Positions 1-11,392 are shown, counted from the first letter of the whole stretch. The stretch: DNA of 63,870 nucleotides, filler included, from Stramenopiles sp. TOSAG23-2 (GCA_900128395.1; 10 parts of 10 records of this genome joined end to end with filler, not necessarily neighbours in it), one strand, 5' to 3'. The notes: generated from the letters alone by a model not told the origin. A program made the numbers and translations.

Positions 1-3000
1 CGTATCACACCATTCCAACATTTAGAACGTTTAAAGAAAACAGTTGCACAAGAAACGAAAGCATTTGCTGCACCAGCACGTAATTATATGAAACAATTAC
101 ATTCCAAACGAGTATCAGATAAAATTGCTAGGAAAGAAAGAGAAGCAAGACAGCGTAAGCAAGATGTGGATCAGAAGAAAGCACAAATCAATGCACAACA
201 ATCGAAAAACGAGGCAAAATTATTGCGCAAGTTACTTGGTATTGGCCGTGCAGAGCGAAAAGAAGCACATGTACTATGGGAAAAGCGACAAAAAGAAAAA
301 CGTAATATTAAAAATAAAAAAGATTTGCTACAATTGAAAAATCAACGCTACAATGACAAAATTGATTCATATTTTACTACATTTATTGAGGAAAGCAATG
401 TAAAATTTGACGAGCGGAAAGAAGAGGAAGCAAAAGAACGAACCAAATTGCGTATCGCACGTGAGGAAAGATCACTCGCAAAAACACGTGAACGGACTGG
501 ATGGGTTAAAGATTTTGTCAAGCAACTTGTTGGCGTTGCATTAATAGTAGTAAAAGAACATGAACGTAATGCTAGTATAGGTCGAGAACCTGTCATCGGT
601 GCAAAAGAATGGAGATTGTTACGCTTTGATTTTATTCGAAATAAATTATCTCGCGATCAATTATTAGGACTTGATGAAGCGATCTTGAATGGTATTGATA
701 TTACAACAGAGCATCAATTAGATTTTGCTGATTATGATGATTATACAACATCAAAACGTGAATGGAATATTGGCGATATAGCTTCGGATGAAAAAGTAGG
801 GGAGGAGGAAGAAAAAATATCTGAGACGGCTGTTGAGAAAATATCTAAAGTATTGAACGCATTATCTGGAAAACCAATGTTACCAACACCAATTACAAAT
901 TTAGGTCCATCTGTTATTGGCATTTCATTGTTAGGTGCTCCATTATTAGGAAAAACACGTTTAGCAACAAAATTAGCGCAAAAATTTCGTATGGGAATTG
1001 TATCCATTCCAACTACTTTAAAATTAGCTTTGGAATATGCTAAATCAAATACAGCAGAACCAGTGTCGCAAAAAGACATTTGGATGAAAAAATTAGGAGA
1101 TGAAATAATTGAAATGGAAGCAGCAGATGCAGAGGCTGAGGAGGAGGAAGAAGAAGGAAAAGAGCCTTTGTACATGCGTATAGCTAGAAGTCGAAACTTA
1201 ACATTTGCATTAGTAGAACAAATTGTTGAGTATGATTTGAAAAAATATAATGAATGTGGTGGATGGATATGCGATGGTTGGCCATGTAATAATGAACAAG
1301 TAATGTTACTTGAATTTAGACTACGTGGTCCTATATGCGATGGAGTATTAGATCAAGATCCAGAAAGCTTTTTAGATTCATTATCAAAAAAATTCAAGCC
1401 ACCACCACCTCCACAAGAGGATGGCACAGGCGCACCTAGTGTACTTAATGCAATTATTACTTTAATGCCAGAGGACGATGAAGAGGAAGAAGAAGCTGAA
1501 GAGAAAGAGGGAGATGCCGAAGAAGAAGAAGAGGAATTAGAAAAAATAGGCAATAAATTGCAACGCGCAAGAGCTGAAAATTTATATATAAAAACAGCAA
1601 CTGGTGTTCCACGTGCTTCTGTAGAATCATCAAGCAAAGATGTATCATTATATCCATTTAAAACACTTATGGAAAGTTACGAAGAGCAATATGAGAAAAT
1701 AATTGAAATGTACGAAGGTAGATGCTTAAATGAAATGCTTGATGTTGATCCAACTGATATTGAAGATGAATCCATACCAATGTGCCCAACACGCCAAGGT
1801 TTAATCGCAAGAGACTTAGTAGTGAAAGCATATGGTGCAACTTGCAATCGTTTACCTGTTGAAGTAGCGGAAGGAGAAAAAGAACAAGTGGAAGAAGGAA
1901 AAGCAGAGCAGAAAGAAGTTGAAGCAAACGAGAAGACAAGTGAAGCGGTTGAAAGTGACGAAGCGCGATTATGGAGACTGGAACGCGAATCTATGGAACA
2001 AGCTGTTAAAGATGGCAATACTGCAATGAGTGGTAGAAAGATTGATATTGATGAAATCAATGAAGTATCGAAAATGACGACTGTATTAGATATACGCTTC
2101 CAAGAAGGTGCATTTATCGCATTGAAGCAATTACGAGAACTAAATTCTACAATGAAAAGATTCTGGTCTGATACGCGTCAAGCCTATCGTTCATATTTAG
2201 AAAGCAATAAATCACAAAAGCGTTTGGTCACAAAAATAACTAAAAAATTAAAAAGTATCGGTGATTTGAATTCCTTATCGGCAAATCAATATCAAAAAAT
2301 TGTAGAACAATTAAGAGGTTTCGCAGCAGATGCAATTGATGCATTGTATTTGTTAACAACTGAAAAGCAAGACGATGCGGAAGATAAAATAAACGATGTG
2401 AAAAACTCCAAATGGGATAAAAATTTCTTAGCAACAGCAGAAGCAGCTTTCACTATGTTATTAGATTGCGAAAACAAACGCTTCATAGATCGAACAATGT
2501 TATGTTCTGCATATAAGATGCAAATTGAAGGTCCATATACAAATGTGGATACAATGATGATGGGTCAGAGCAATGCTGGAAAAAATGAGAATGGTAATGC
2601 TATTTCTGAAGCTATGGAACAATTCAGAAGCTTGATACATACTATGCCAAAAACATATGCCAAATTCAATGAACTATTAAATAATCTAAATTCAGTATCT
2701 GATAAAAATGAATTTACAGATGAAATAGTAGCTCAAACTCGTGTAAATATCCATCAAATCGCATTTCATGCGCAAAGACGCGGCGAGATGATTTTAAATG
2801 GTGGCATGTCTAATTTAGCAACCATGGAAAAATGGATGGGAGAAATAATTGACATTGAAAGTCAATCGATTGCTTATTTCTCAACATTAGTTCGCAATGC
2901 TGTAGATCGATTAACCAGGGGAGAATCTTTACCATTATTAGAATTTTCATTTACACAACCAATCAAAGATAGTGAAATATCACCCACTGTATTAGATTCA

Positions 3001-3900
3001 AGAGGCACCGATGTAACAAATACACCACTAGCAATACCATCTGAGCGATTGAGTGCTCTCATAAGGGCATTGCGAGAAGCAGCAACACCAAAAGGCAAAA
3101 ATCCACTGGGAGCAGCTCCTACTTTGCCAATAGCGAAATTTGTAGAAACAATAATGCTTGTTGCAAGTGCGGATTCATTAACCCCTGCATGGAAACAATT
3201 ATCAAATGAACAAGTAACTAAAATAGCCAAAGCATTGGATCCAGATAATAGTGGGATCATCTACTGGAGAGAATTCATACAATCTTTATTAACTGCATTG
3301 ATACCTGCGACTTGCTTACCAACTCCAAGAGAATTGTGTAATATGTATAGCGATTTTAAAGCGGAAGATGCTGCGAGTCCAACAGTCAGCTCATCTGATA
3401 TTGTTGAATGGACAGAATATACAAATGTTGATTTGTGGTTTGAACGATATAGTGATGAAAGTAGAATTGCTCTTACATTATCACAAAGTCTTAGAGATTT
3501 ATATTGGTACACATGGGTTGGACCAGGTGGTTCCTCTGGAGTCTTGGATTATCCATTATTTTTATTTCATTTATGTTTAGATCCAAATGTAGGTCCAGGA
3601 GAGGGAAGGGCACTAGGTTTACATAAGGCATGGGTATTAATGTGTGAAATGAAAGGTGTGAAAAATTTAAAGTTAAGCAGCCCGGCCATATCAGGAATGA
3701 TGTCAATGGAGTGCTTTAATCCTAGATTCCCCAAATCTAGTCGATTGTTTACAGTGGAGGAAATACAAGAAAATATAGCGATTGATTTTCAAACATTTTT
3801 AAGCCGTGGAAAAGAATTGGGTTGGTTTAATGATGAAGGATTATATCCATTTAAATTGAAAAATATTTATGATGGTATAATCGATCAGGATCTCGTTTAA
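1..3900 (+). CDS. SPEF2: Sperm flagellar protein 2 / CPC1-like central-pair protein (5' partial)
   Basis: Frame is open from base 1. N-terminal coiled coil, adenylate-kinase-like domain (LLGAPLLGKT...GWICDGWP..EQ..LLE) and C-terminal EF-hand (LDPDNSGIIYWREF) match the SPEF2 architecture. Confidence 0.75.
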   Translation, partial: RITPFQHLERLKKTVAQETKAFAAPARNYMKQLHSKRVSDKIARKEREARQRKQDVDQKKAQINAQQSKNEAKLLRKLLGIGRAERKEAHVLWEKRQKEKRNIKNKKDLLQLKNQRYNDKIDSYFTTFIEESNVKFDERKEEEAKERTKLRIAREERSLAKTRERTGWVKDFVKQLVGVALIVVKEHERNASIGREPVIGAKEWRLLRFDFIRNKLSRDQLLGLDEAILNGIDITTEHQLDFADYDDYTTSKREWNIGDIASDEKVGEEEEKISETAVEKISKVLNALSGKPMLPTPITNLGPSVIGISLLGAPLLGKTRLATKLAQKFRMGIVSIPTTLKLALEYAKSNTAEPVSQKDIWMKKLGDEIIEMEAADAEAEEEEEEGKEPLYMRIARSRNLTFALVEQIVEYDLKKYNECGGWICDGWPCNNEQVMLLEFRLRGPICDGVLDQDPESFLDSLSKKFKPPPPPQEDGTGAPSVLNAIITLMPEDDEEEEEAEEKEGDAEEEEEELEKIGNKLQRARAENLYIKTATGVPRASVESSSKDVSLYPFKTLMESYEEQYEKIIEMYEGRCLNEMLDVDPTDIEDESIPMCPTRQGLIARDLVVKAYGATCNRLPVEVAEGEKEQVEEGKAEQKEVEANEKTSEAVESDEARLWRLERESMEQAVKDGNTAMSGRKIDIDEINEVSKMTTVLDIRFQEGAFIALKQLRELNSTMKRFWSDTRQAYRSYLESNKSQKRLVTKITKKLKSIGDLNSLSANQYQKIVEQLRGFAADAIDALYLLTTEKQDDAEDKINDVKNSKWDKNFLATAEAAFTMLLDCENKRFIDRTMLCSAYKMQIEGPYTNVDTMMMGQSNAGKNENGNAISEAMEQFRSLIHTMPKTYAKFNELLNNLNSVSDKNEFTDEIVAQTRVNIHQIAFHAQRRGEMILNGGMSNLATMEKWMGEIIDIESQSIAYFSTLVRNAVDRLTRGESLPLLEFSFTQPIKDSEISPTVLDSRGTDVTNTPLAIPSERLSALIRALREAATPKGKNPLGAAPTLPIAKFVETIMLVASADSLTPAWKQLSNEQVTKIAKALDPDNSGIIYWREFIQSLLTALIPATCLPTPRELCNMYSDFKAEDAASPTVSSSDIVEWTEYTNVDLWFERYSDESRIALTLSQSLRDLYWYTWVGPGGSSGVLDYPLFLFHLCLDPNVGPGEGRALGLHKAWVLMCEMKGVKNLKLSSPAISGMMSMECFNPRFPKSSRLFTVEEIQENIAIDFQTFLSRGKELGWFNDEGLYPFKLKNIYDGIIDQDLV

Positions 3901-3935
3901 AAACGGAGTTTTTTACTTCGTATATAATATAAATC

Positions 3936-4245
3936 GATGGTTAAAATCTAAGTTATACTCGTAATAATTTTACACTTCCCGTGTTAAGTAAAATATGATG
4001 CTCAATACTCAATCGGAAGAATAATATTCTATCCTACTATTCTATAGTAAAGCTCCAATGCACCTCTGCAAACTAATACTCGTACTCTACAAGCACAAGT
4101 AGGTTTCTATCCTTCCGTGCACACTCGTTGAACTCGCTGGACGTCCGGGTCATTCGAAAACGGTGAGGTTGTCGAAGTGAAAGATCCTGTTGTGAACAAC
4201 AACCGGTAACTATCCGGATAAAGATCTTTAAGTGCACGGTTGTGG
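3936..4245 (+). mobile_element. Dispersed repeat family A, full-length copy (~310 bp, structured right half)
   Basis: Aligns by eye with 44906-45280 end to end; partial copies at 4283, 12809, 18421, 18655 and 22838. Confidence 0.8.
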
Positions 4246-4282
4246 TATATATAGTGTATAATTAATGCATATACGTTTTTTC

Positions 4283-4325
4283 TAGCACGGGAAGTGAAAT
4301 TATCATAACTTAGATTTTAACCATC
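4283..4325 (-). repeat. Family A left-end fragment (inverted)
   Basis: Reverse complement reads gatggttaaaatctaagttatgataatttcacttcccgtgcta, matching 3936-3985. Confidence 0.8.
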
Positions 4326-4485
4326 ATATATTTTCGTTATAAATAAGTTATGCATTAATTATATAATATATATTAATACTAATATATAATATATATGAGT
4401 AAGAGAAATAATATATATCATACGAGTATTCGTTAAAATAATATAACGATACGAATACGATAATTTCCTTGTACTTCGTATTTTA

Positions 4486-6304
4486 TTACAAAGGCTTAAA
4501 TGTTGCTACTGGTAGATACATTTGCTTCTCATTTAATAACATTGGTTTGATTTTAATTTGTTCAAATGGGCCAAATAATTCTCCATCTATCAACACCATA
4601 AATTTATTATTGATCTTCCTATTTGCAAGTCTAACACGACCAGTTCGTTCCTGTTTTTTCATTTTTATAATACATTCATGTATCAACATAGTCTCTCCTC
4701 CTTCATTTAAAGCTTGATCTATTGTATCTACGTCTTCTTGATTTATACAACCATTATTAGCCCCTGCACGTTTCGATATTGTAGATAATACATTTGGTAT
4801 TTTAATACCAGATTTGCCAGTATGGGTAAATAATTCTAAATTAGGAGAAAGTGGAGATGATCCTAAATCAACGCCATTCATTTCATCGGCATAACGACCT
4901 ACATTGGATAACGTTATGTTATAAAATGATTTCTCATGATGAGCTTTAGTTACATTTAAATTTTCTCCATTTGGACCTATCGCTTTATATTTCACTTTTA
5001 TATTATTTAGTAAAAGACCAGAATTATTATTACTTTTGGTATTCATTTCACTTAGAAATTCATTTGAAACCATGACTTCTTCGTCTGATAATGTACTAAA
5101 TAGTTTCTTATTATTGTTGCCTTTATCCGGGGAACTTTTTGAAGTACCGAAATATGTCGATTTGGTTGCAGTTGATATTGGCGATGTTCTACGATTTTTT
5201 CCCTGTATTTGACGTAATTGTTCCTCCTCCTTAAACATCATCATTCTTTTAAATCGGTCACTAGTAGCCCGTACGCCTACTTCAACACTCGAGCAAAATG
5301 GTATAATAAATGATTTCCCTTTACCAGCTACATTCACGCTTTCCCAACATTCACATTGATAGATACAAACTGGCAAAATATATTTACCATATCTTACATA
5401 ATCTTCCATCAAGTCAATTAATATTGATTGTGGAGTCAAGCGAGTACGTAAACCTTCTCTCATTTCTTTCACGATATTTTCACATGTAATGCATACAACA
5501 TCTTTTAACGTCTTCCCCGGGACCATTTCATCATCGTACACAATCCTTTCATTTGGTAATCGTTCCATTTCCATGTATAAACGGAGAAGTGACGTTGTGA
5601 TGCCATCTTTTTCTGCTCTTTTCCAAATGGTAGGTCCTAAATCATCATCGTTTAAACCTTTGCCTTCGATTATTTGCATACGTATCCATTGAATTGTGTT
5701 TTCCATGTTTAAATTAGCACCGTTTTTTTGATTACTAGAATATGGAAATCCAAACGTTGGGCTACTTAATGGAGTGTAAATATGACGGCGATACCACGCA
5801 TCTTTACTTGCTATATAAGTGGCAAGACGATTTTTTCTTTTTGATGTTGGCGCTACAAATATTCTTACACTTAATTTTGATAATTTCTCGTGAAACTCTT
5901 GCATGGTGACTACATAATTGCACAAGATACGATGCAAAGTGCTGTCGTTACCTAATGCACAAATACGCAACACTGAGGAACTCTTGAAGAACTCAATGTC
6001 ATTTTGTGTTCCATTATAAACAATATTACCGCCGCCAAGTAATCCCGCAGATGCAATTTTCCGATAATCATCATTTTTCCAACTGGACAACATGTGTTGT
6101 CGAGACCTTGAAAACGTACGTTGTAATGTTTCACTTCTTGAACGAGATTTCCGGGTAGAGGAAAATGATAATGTTTGCGATTCAATTAGATCACTGTAAG
6201 TATCTTCCTCCTCCTCCTCCTCCTTATCATTATTGTTATTGTTGCCAATCTTTTTCCTCAACGTCTTGTTCCCTTGACTTTTTGTACCATGACCTCCATA
6301 ATCA
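4486..6304 (-). CDS. PIK3R5/p101-like (PACS/p101 C-terminal fold) protein, 5' end lost at contig edge
   Basis: Motifs LRICALGND.TLHR, IFVAP, LATYIASKDAWYRR, DYVRYG..ILPVCIYQ and terminal LPVATF resemble the p101 C-terminal region. Confidence 0.5.
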
Positions 6305-6404
6305 NNNNNNNNNNNNNNNNNNNNNNNNNNNNNNNNNNNNNNNNNNNNTTAATTAATTAANNNNNNNNNNNNNNNNNNNNNNNNNNNNNNNNNNNNNNNN
6401 NNNN
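6305..6404. other. Artificial contig linker (also 12709-12808, 19112-19211, 25513-25612, 31914-32013, 38314-38413, 44712-44811, 51100-51199, 57486-57585)
   Basis: Identical 100-bp N44-TTAATTAATTAA-N44 spacer (stops in all six frames) every ~6.4 kb. Confidence 0.98.
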
Positions 6405-6572
6405 GTTGGAAACGCAAATGAATTAAAACCAAGTACTACTGATGACAATGATACAAAACTAGAGGGAAAAATTCAACCAGAAGAGGATAAGGAAAAGACC
6501 GTAGAAGAAGAAGAGGATAACGAGGAACCATTACCAGATATCACTAGTAAAAAGTCTAACGAAAAAATAAAA

Positions 6573-9500
6573 TTGGAAGTTGAAAATAAAAATAGAATTT
6601 GGTTCAAAGGCAGAAAAGTTGCATTGATGGAGCACATCCATTTTCAAAATACCGGAAAGAGTCTACAAGAGCAAATATCTTCAATTTACAAATTAGTAAG
6701 GGAGCATGATGAAAAAGTATTTAATTTACAAGAAAGATCGGCAACTAGAGGTGACCTTGATGCCTTGGCAAGGACTAAAGCAGACAAAACAGTAATAGAT
6801 AAAGAAAGCGCAATATTTGCGGAACGAACTCAGAAACAACTTCGAGAAAAATGTGATTTAGAGTATGCGAAACAAAGATTAAAAACAAAAGTGGAGTGGG
6901 TTGGCCTAAAAGATGCTGTTTCGGGCTTTGTAAGGCCTATGATGTTTGAAATCATTGCACAGAAGTTACCAGAAGCAGTAGAGGAAACAAAAGCTGGCTT
7001 AGTTTTAATGATTCAACGAATGTTTGATATTGATCCATCTCAAAAAGCCGATATGGAAGCTGTTAAGGCTCTAAGACAAGAATGCGAAAGACTTCAAAAA
7101 CATGTTGCCGAATCAGATCGTGTGCACACAGAAGCCATTCGCAGTTTTACGGAGACTGTCGCTTTAGTACGCGCGGAAGTTCAAGAGAGTGCAGAGGAGC
7201 GATTACAGGAGCAAATAGATTTTTTAAATAAAGCATGTGATCAAAAATTAGATGATATGACAGAAAAAATGGAAGCGTTGATGGAAACAAGTCGGGAACG
7301 AGTGAAAAATAGCGTACAATCTTTAAAAGAGAAAAATGAAAGAATAATGCTGCGTCTGAAAGAGGAAGGGCTTGAAATTGTAAACGAATTTGCAGCGGAA
7401 TGCAAAAAAGAAAAGAAAAAGTTTGTAGCGGATGTTCAAGCAAAATATGCCACAGATATGAAAGAATTGCATAGCAGAGTTAAAGGATGTGAGCGAGTAT
7501 GCGCTGATGCAAATTTGGTTATTTCCACACTAAAGCAAAAAATGCGAGAACAAGATAATTTTGTAAAACAAACATTAAAGCGGGTAGACACTTGTGAAAA
7601 GCAACAAGTAGCCGTCTCAAATTCAATGAGTGAATTCGAGAAGGATTGTCAAGATTTACGGGAGACTGAAGTGCAAATGAAGCGCGATTTAAGCGCTGTG
7701 GAAAATGTATTTGAAAAGCTCAGTAAAAGTGTGGATATTACAAGCGATAAATTGGCTAATATGAAAGAGGAAGCGGAGGAAAACAAAAAAGAACTTATTA
7801 AAAAAATTGAAATGATGATAGAAAAAAACAAAGCATCTGGAGGAAAAATTCAAGGGCGCGTCCGCGCATTAGAAGATTTTGGAAAAAATGTACAAAGGAA
7901 AAACGATTTACGTTTACAAGATTTGGAAAGAACCATTTTTGACCGTTTGCACCTTGTAGGGCAATACCAACAACAAAATGTTAAAGATTTCCAAAAGAAC
8001 TTAGAAAAATTGCGTAAAGAAATGCTTGGTAAAGTTTTGAAAAACACGAAAGATATAGATAATACAAATAAAAATATAAAAAAACAAGGAAAGCTAGTCC
8101 ATAATGTTCAAGTCAGCTTTAAAGAAATACGGGTAGAGTTTCAGCGACTGCTGAAGACAGAAGATAAAGTCGAGAAATTATTGGCTTCAATGGAAAATGG
8201 ACCAAATGGAATTGCCATGGCTGCATTACAGAAAGCAGAGCATGTGCAAAAGCAATTAGATGAACAGTTACAACATGGTGTATTTGTAAGAAATGGCACT
8301 GGCGATCCTATGCAAAATCAAGCCTTTATGACACTAAAAGATGACCCACCACAAGAAGAATATGTAGATCCAATTATAGAACAATTAAGAGATTTACATG
8401 ACGAAAAAATTAATACCGAAGAGACGTTTAAAGATATAGACAACACGTTAAAATCTACGAAAACTGAAAGAAGGGAAATTGTAAAGCAGTTGCGAGAAGC
8501 AAAAAAGAAAAATGATAAAGTGACGGCATCCAAACTTGGCGAGCAACTAGATAGGTTAGATGAGGATATCGAAAAAATATCGGTTCAGCATGAAGACTCC
8601 AAGAAAGAACTGGACAGTGTGAATCAAAACGTTGAGGCATTGAAAAATGTTGCGATAGCAGGAGGGAAAACAGAGAAACAGTTAGCCAATATGATTGAAG
8701 AAACTGAAGAAACTGATTATCCTTTTGAAGATAGTGAAAGTGCTCCTCAACATGCTGGGCATTCTCGCCAAAGCAGTACTGGATCGTTAATGGTTTCATT
8801 ACCATCTGTGCCAAAATCCCGGGATCGATTATCGACAAGGACACCAAAATCAAGAGGTGGAACAGGGAGCAGAGGGAGCCAAATAGGCGGAATCGTTGGC
8901 ATTGAAATAGAAGCAATGCAAGTAGAAATAGAATCAGAACGCAATCTACGAATGGAATTAGAAACCGAAATAAAAGATACCCGCAGAACACAAGATGCCC
9001 TCTTACATACACAAGAACAATTAAGGGAGCAAATCCACGGTTTAAAAATCTTTTTAGAAACAGAAACTCAAAATTCAATATCCAAAGTAATGGAGCGAGT
9101 CGAAGCTTTGATGGAAACAAATCAACTAAAACAAATAGAGGACATGGAAAATCAAAGGCTTCGTTTAGAAAAAGCAAATACAGAGATGAGAAAGGACCAA
9201 GAAACACTTATTAAAAAGTTAAAAGATTCTAATTCTACTTTAAAGAAGCAACTTTTAAGTAGTGGCGTTGAATTCCACATGGATTCCATCGACGACCATG
9301 ATGATGTAAAAACCAGTGTTCACAACGAAAATTCAACGAGAAACATTCAACTGCAAGCAGAAGCGCAAGTCATGTTACAAGATATTCAAATTCAACATCG
9401 CGAGGAAATGGAGAAGATGAGAGAAGAATTTCTAGTGGCAAAGAAACATGTTGGGCAAGAAAAAATAAACGAATTGAACGATGTAATTGCAAATATGAGA

Positions 9501-11138
9501 AAAATGCACCAAGAGACACTCGCGCAACACCAAAAAGATATGGAAAGTATGAAAGCAAAAATTGCACAGCACAGTTTAAAAGTCGATTCTTACAAAGCTG
9601 TTGCAGAAGCTGACTTAGCTGAGACGAACCATGCCAAACGTTTGATGGAGGAACAAACTAGAATATTAGCAGAACTAGATGTCGATCAATTAGCAGCGCA
9701 ATTAAATGACAAAGTTGAAAAAGAATTTTTCGGCAATATGGAAATCAGGTTTAAAAGCGAAGTGAAACAATTAGAAGAAGTGTCAAAATTAGCACGAGAA
9801 CAACATTTAGAAGCTGTTGCGAAAGAGACCAAAAAGCATATCCATTCTTTAAAAGCAGCAAGCAAAGAAGTTCGAGAATCTCATGAAAAACATTTATCTG
9901 GTCATCGAGAAAATATATTAGAAATGGCTAATTCATTGCAAGAACAACACGAGAAACATATGGGAGAGGTACAAGGCGTCGTCTCCGAAGTTCATAAAAG
10001 TTTGTCAGACATTAATGAAAATTCAAAATATCATATGAAAAAATTTGGTATTCAATCACAACAGGTACAAATGAAAATATCTGATTTTGAGAAAATTCAT
10101 AAACGTGAAGAATCCAAGCAAGAATATAGACACATGTGCGAGATGCGTAAATTGCAAAATATGATGATGAAAGACAGAGAAAATATGGAAAAAGAGCTTC
10201 AAGTCGCTAAAACAGACGCGGAGAAAGAACATGAACAATTCATCAAATTCACCGCAAAGCTGAGTCACGAGACGGATAAAATGAAACGTAAATATGAACA
10301 ACAACTTGCAGATCTTCAAGTACGCATTCAAAACGGCTTTGTATCGAAGGAATTTGCAAAAAACAAAATGGCAATATACGCAGAACAAGAAACTTTAAGC
10401 CGCATACAAAACACTGGAATGAATCCTATTGATCCAGACCATATCCAGGAACTCCCGCAAGAGGCACATCAAGCAGGAGATCCTAAGTTGAAAATTCTTT
10501 CTGTCACAGATGCAATAGCCGTTGATTCTAGAGAAGCTTCACCAAATGTTTCTATTCCAAAATATTCCCGTCCAAATTCCGAGAAACGAGTTTCTTACTC
10601 ACCTGAAATGCCAACATCATATACAATGCCTAGTAGCAATTATGGCGAAAGTGAGAAGTGGGGCAAATCAAGAGATGGTGTCGGAAATACGCCAATGCTT
10701 TCTATAGACAATAATATCAGTAGCAGCGATCAAAATCGTTTAGTCGCAACTAGCCTTGAAGGACGAAACATTGATATGTTTATACATAAGACAGAATTTG
10801 GATTAAATAGCACAAAACAACTAATAGTAGCCGTCCATGAGCGTTTATCCAGCGAAATTGTTGCCTTACAAGACATTGTAAAGCGACTTTCAAAAGAAGG
10901 CGATGTGTCTCAGCGTTTGGAAGATTTCTGGTCTCAAGTAGGGGATTTAAAGAATTGGAAAGATAAAGTTGTAGATTTGACAGAAGAAAATAAAACTTTA
11001 TTATCAGAATTACGGCGTACAAGACAAGATCATTTAATATTGCAATCCCCAATTCGTACGTCCCCAAATAAATATAAAGTACGGAAAAGTAACAAGAAGA
11101 AAAATATGAATGAAAGGGTTATGCTACCAAATGTTTGA
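6573..11138 (+). CDS. Large coiled-coil protein, unknown function (probably 5' partial)
   Basis: 1521-aa intronless ORF, E/K/Q-rich heptads; the listed start is TTG and coding-like sequence continues toward the contig edge. Confidence 0.8.
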   Translation: MEVENKNRIWFKGRKVALMEHIHFQNTGKSLQEQISSIYKLVREHDEKVFNLQERSATRGDLDALARTKADKTVIDKESAIFAERTQKQLREKCDLEYAKQRLKTKVEWVGLKDAVSGFVRPMMFEIIAQKLPEAVEETKAGLVLMIQRMFDIDPSQKADMEAVKALRQECERLQKHVAESDRVHTEAIRSFTETVALVRAEVQESAEERLQEQIDFLNKACDQKLDDMTEKMEALMETSRERVKNSVQSLKEKNERIMLRLKEEGLEIVNEFAAECKKEKKKFVADVQAKYATDMKELHSRVKGCERVCADANLVISTLKQKMREQDNFVKQTLKRVDTCEKQQVAVSNSMSEFEKDCQDLRETEVQMKRDLSAVENVFEKLSKSVDITSDKLANMKEEAEENKKELIKKIEMMIEKNKASGGKIQGRVRALEDFGKNVQRKNDLRLQDLERTIFDRLHLVGQYQQQNVKDFQKNLEKLRKEMLGKVLKNTKDIDNTNKNIKKQGKLVHNVQVSFKEIRVEFQRLLKTEDKVEKLLASMENGPNGIAMAALQKAEHVQKQLDEQLQHGVFVRNGTGDPMQNQAFMTLKDDPPQEEYVDPIIEQLRDLHDEKINTEETFKDIDNTLKSTKTERREIVKQLREAKKKNDKVTASKLGEQLDRLDEDIEKISVQHEDSKKELDSVNQNVEALKNVAIAGGKTEKQLANMIEETEETDYPFEDSESAPQHAGHSRQSSTGSLMVSLPSVPKSRDRLSTRTPKSRGGTGSRGSQIGGIVGIEIEAMQVEIESERNLRMELETEIKDTRRTQDALLHTQEQLREQIHGLKIFLETETQNSISKVMERVEALMETNQLKQIEDMENQRLRLEKANTEMRKDQETLIKKLKDSNSTLKKQLLSSGVEFHMDSIDDHDDVKTSVHNENSTRNIQLQAEAQVMLQDIQIQHREEMEKMREEFLVAKKHVGQEKINELNDVIANMRKMHQETLAQHQKDMESMKAKIAQHSLKVDSYKAVAEADLAETNHAKRLMEEQTRILAELDVDQLAAQLNDKVEKEFFGNMEIRFKSEVKQLEEVSKLAREQHLEAVAKETKKHIHSLKAASKEVRESHEKHLSGHRENILEMANSLQEQHEKHMGEVQGVVSEVHKSLSDINENSKYHMKKFGIQSQQVQMKISDFEKIHKREESKQEYRHMCEMRKLQNMMMKDRENMEKELQVAKTDAEKEHEQFIKFTAKLSHETDKMKRKYEQQLADLQVRIQNGFVSKEFAKNKMAIYAEQETLSRIQNTGMNPIDPDHIQELPQEAHQAGDPKLKILSVTDAIAVDSREASPNVSIPKYSRPNSEKRVSYSPEMPTSYTMPSSNYGESEKWGKSRDGVGNTPMLSIDNNISSSDQNRLVATSLEGRNIDMFIHKTEFGLNSTKQLIVAVHERLSSEIVALQDIVKRLSKEGDVSQRLEDFWSQVGDLKNWKDKVVDLTEENKTLLSELRRTRQDHLILQSPIRTSPNKYKVRKSNKKKNMNERVMLPNV

Positions 11139-11264
11139 GATTTAAGTATAATTTATGTTTTGTGTACTGGTGTAAATAAATCAGTATTTTACAATGTGTA
11201 TTATTCGTAGTATTTATTTAGTAATAGGTGCATACTAGCATAATACAGCTATCCACTATCCTCC

Positions 11265-11392
11265 ACTAGAGCTAGCTCTAGCTAGCTAGCTCTACCGTAG
11301 TACGTGTGACTAGTGCTAGCTGGGCTAGCTCAAGCTAGCTCTATAGCCTGGCTAGAGCTTAGCTAGCTCTAGCTATACTAATACTCTAAGCT
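11265..11392. repeat. AGCT/CTAG-rich low-complexity palindromic tract
   Basis: About a dozen AGCT/CTAG units (ctagagctagctctagctagctagctct...). Confidence 0.7.

Noticed and set aside
4090-4245. Family A core as tRNA, 5S, snRNA, hammerhead or group II domain V
   Set aside because: No cloverleaf or clear A/B boxes, no CTGANGA-GAAA core, and only a superficial GCACGGTT similarity to domain V.
3936-4325. Apparent MITE with ~45-bp TIRs
   Set aside because: The right 'TIR' is better explained as a separate truncated family A copy; the other full copy (44906-45280) has no such inverted end.
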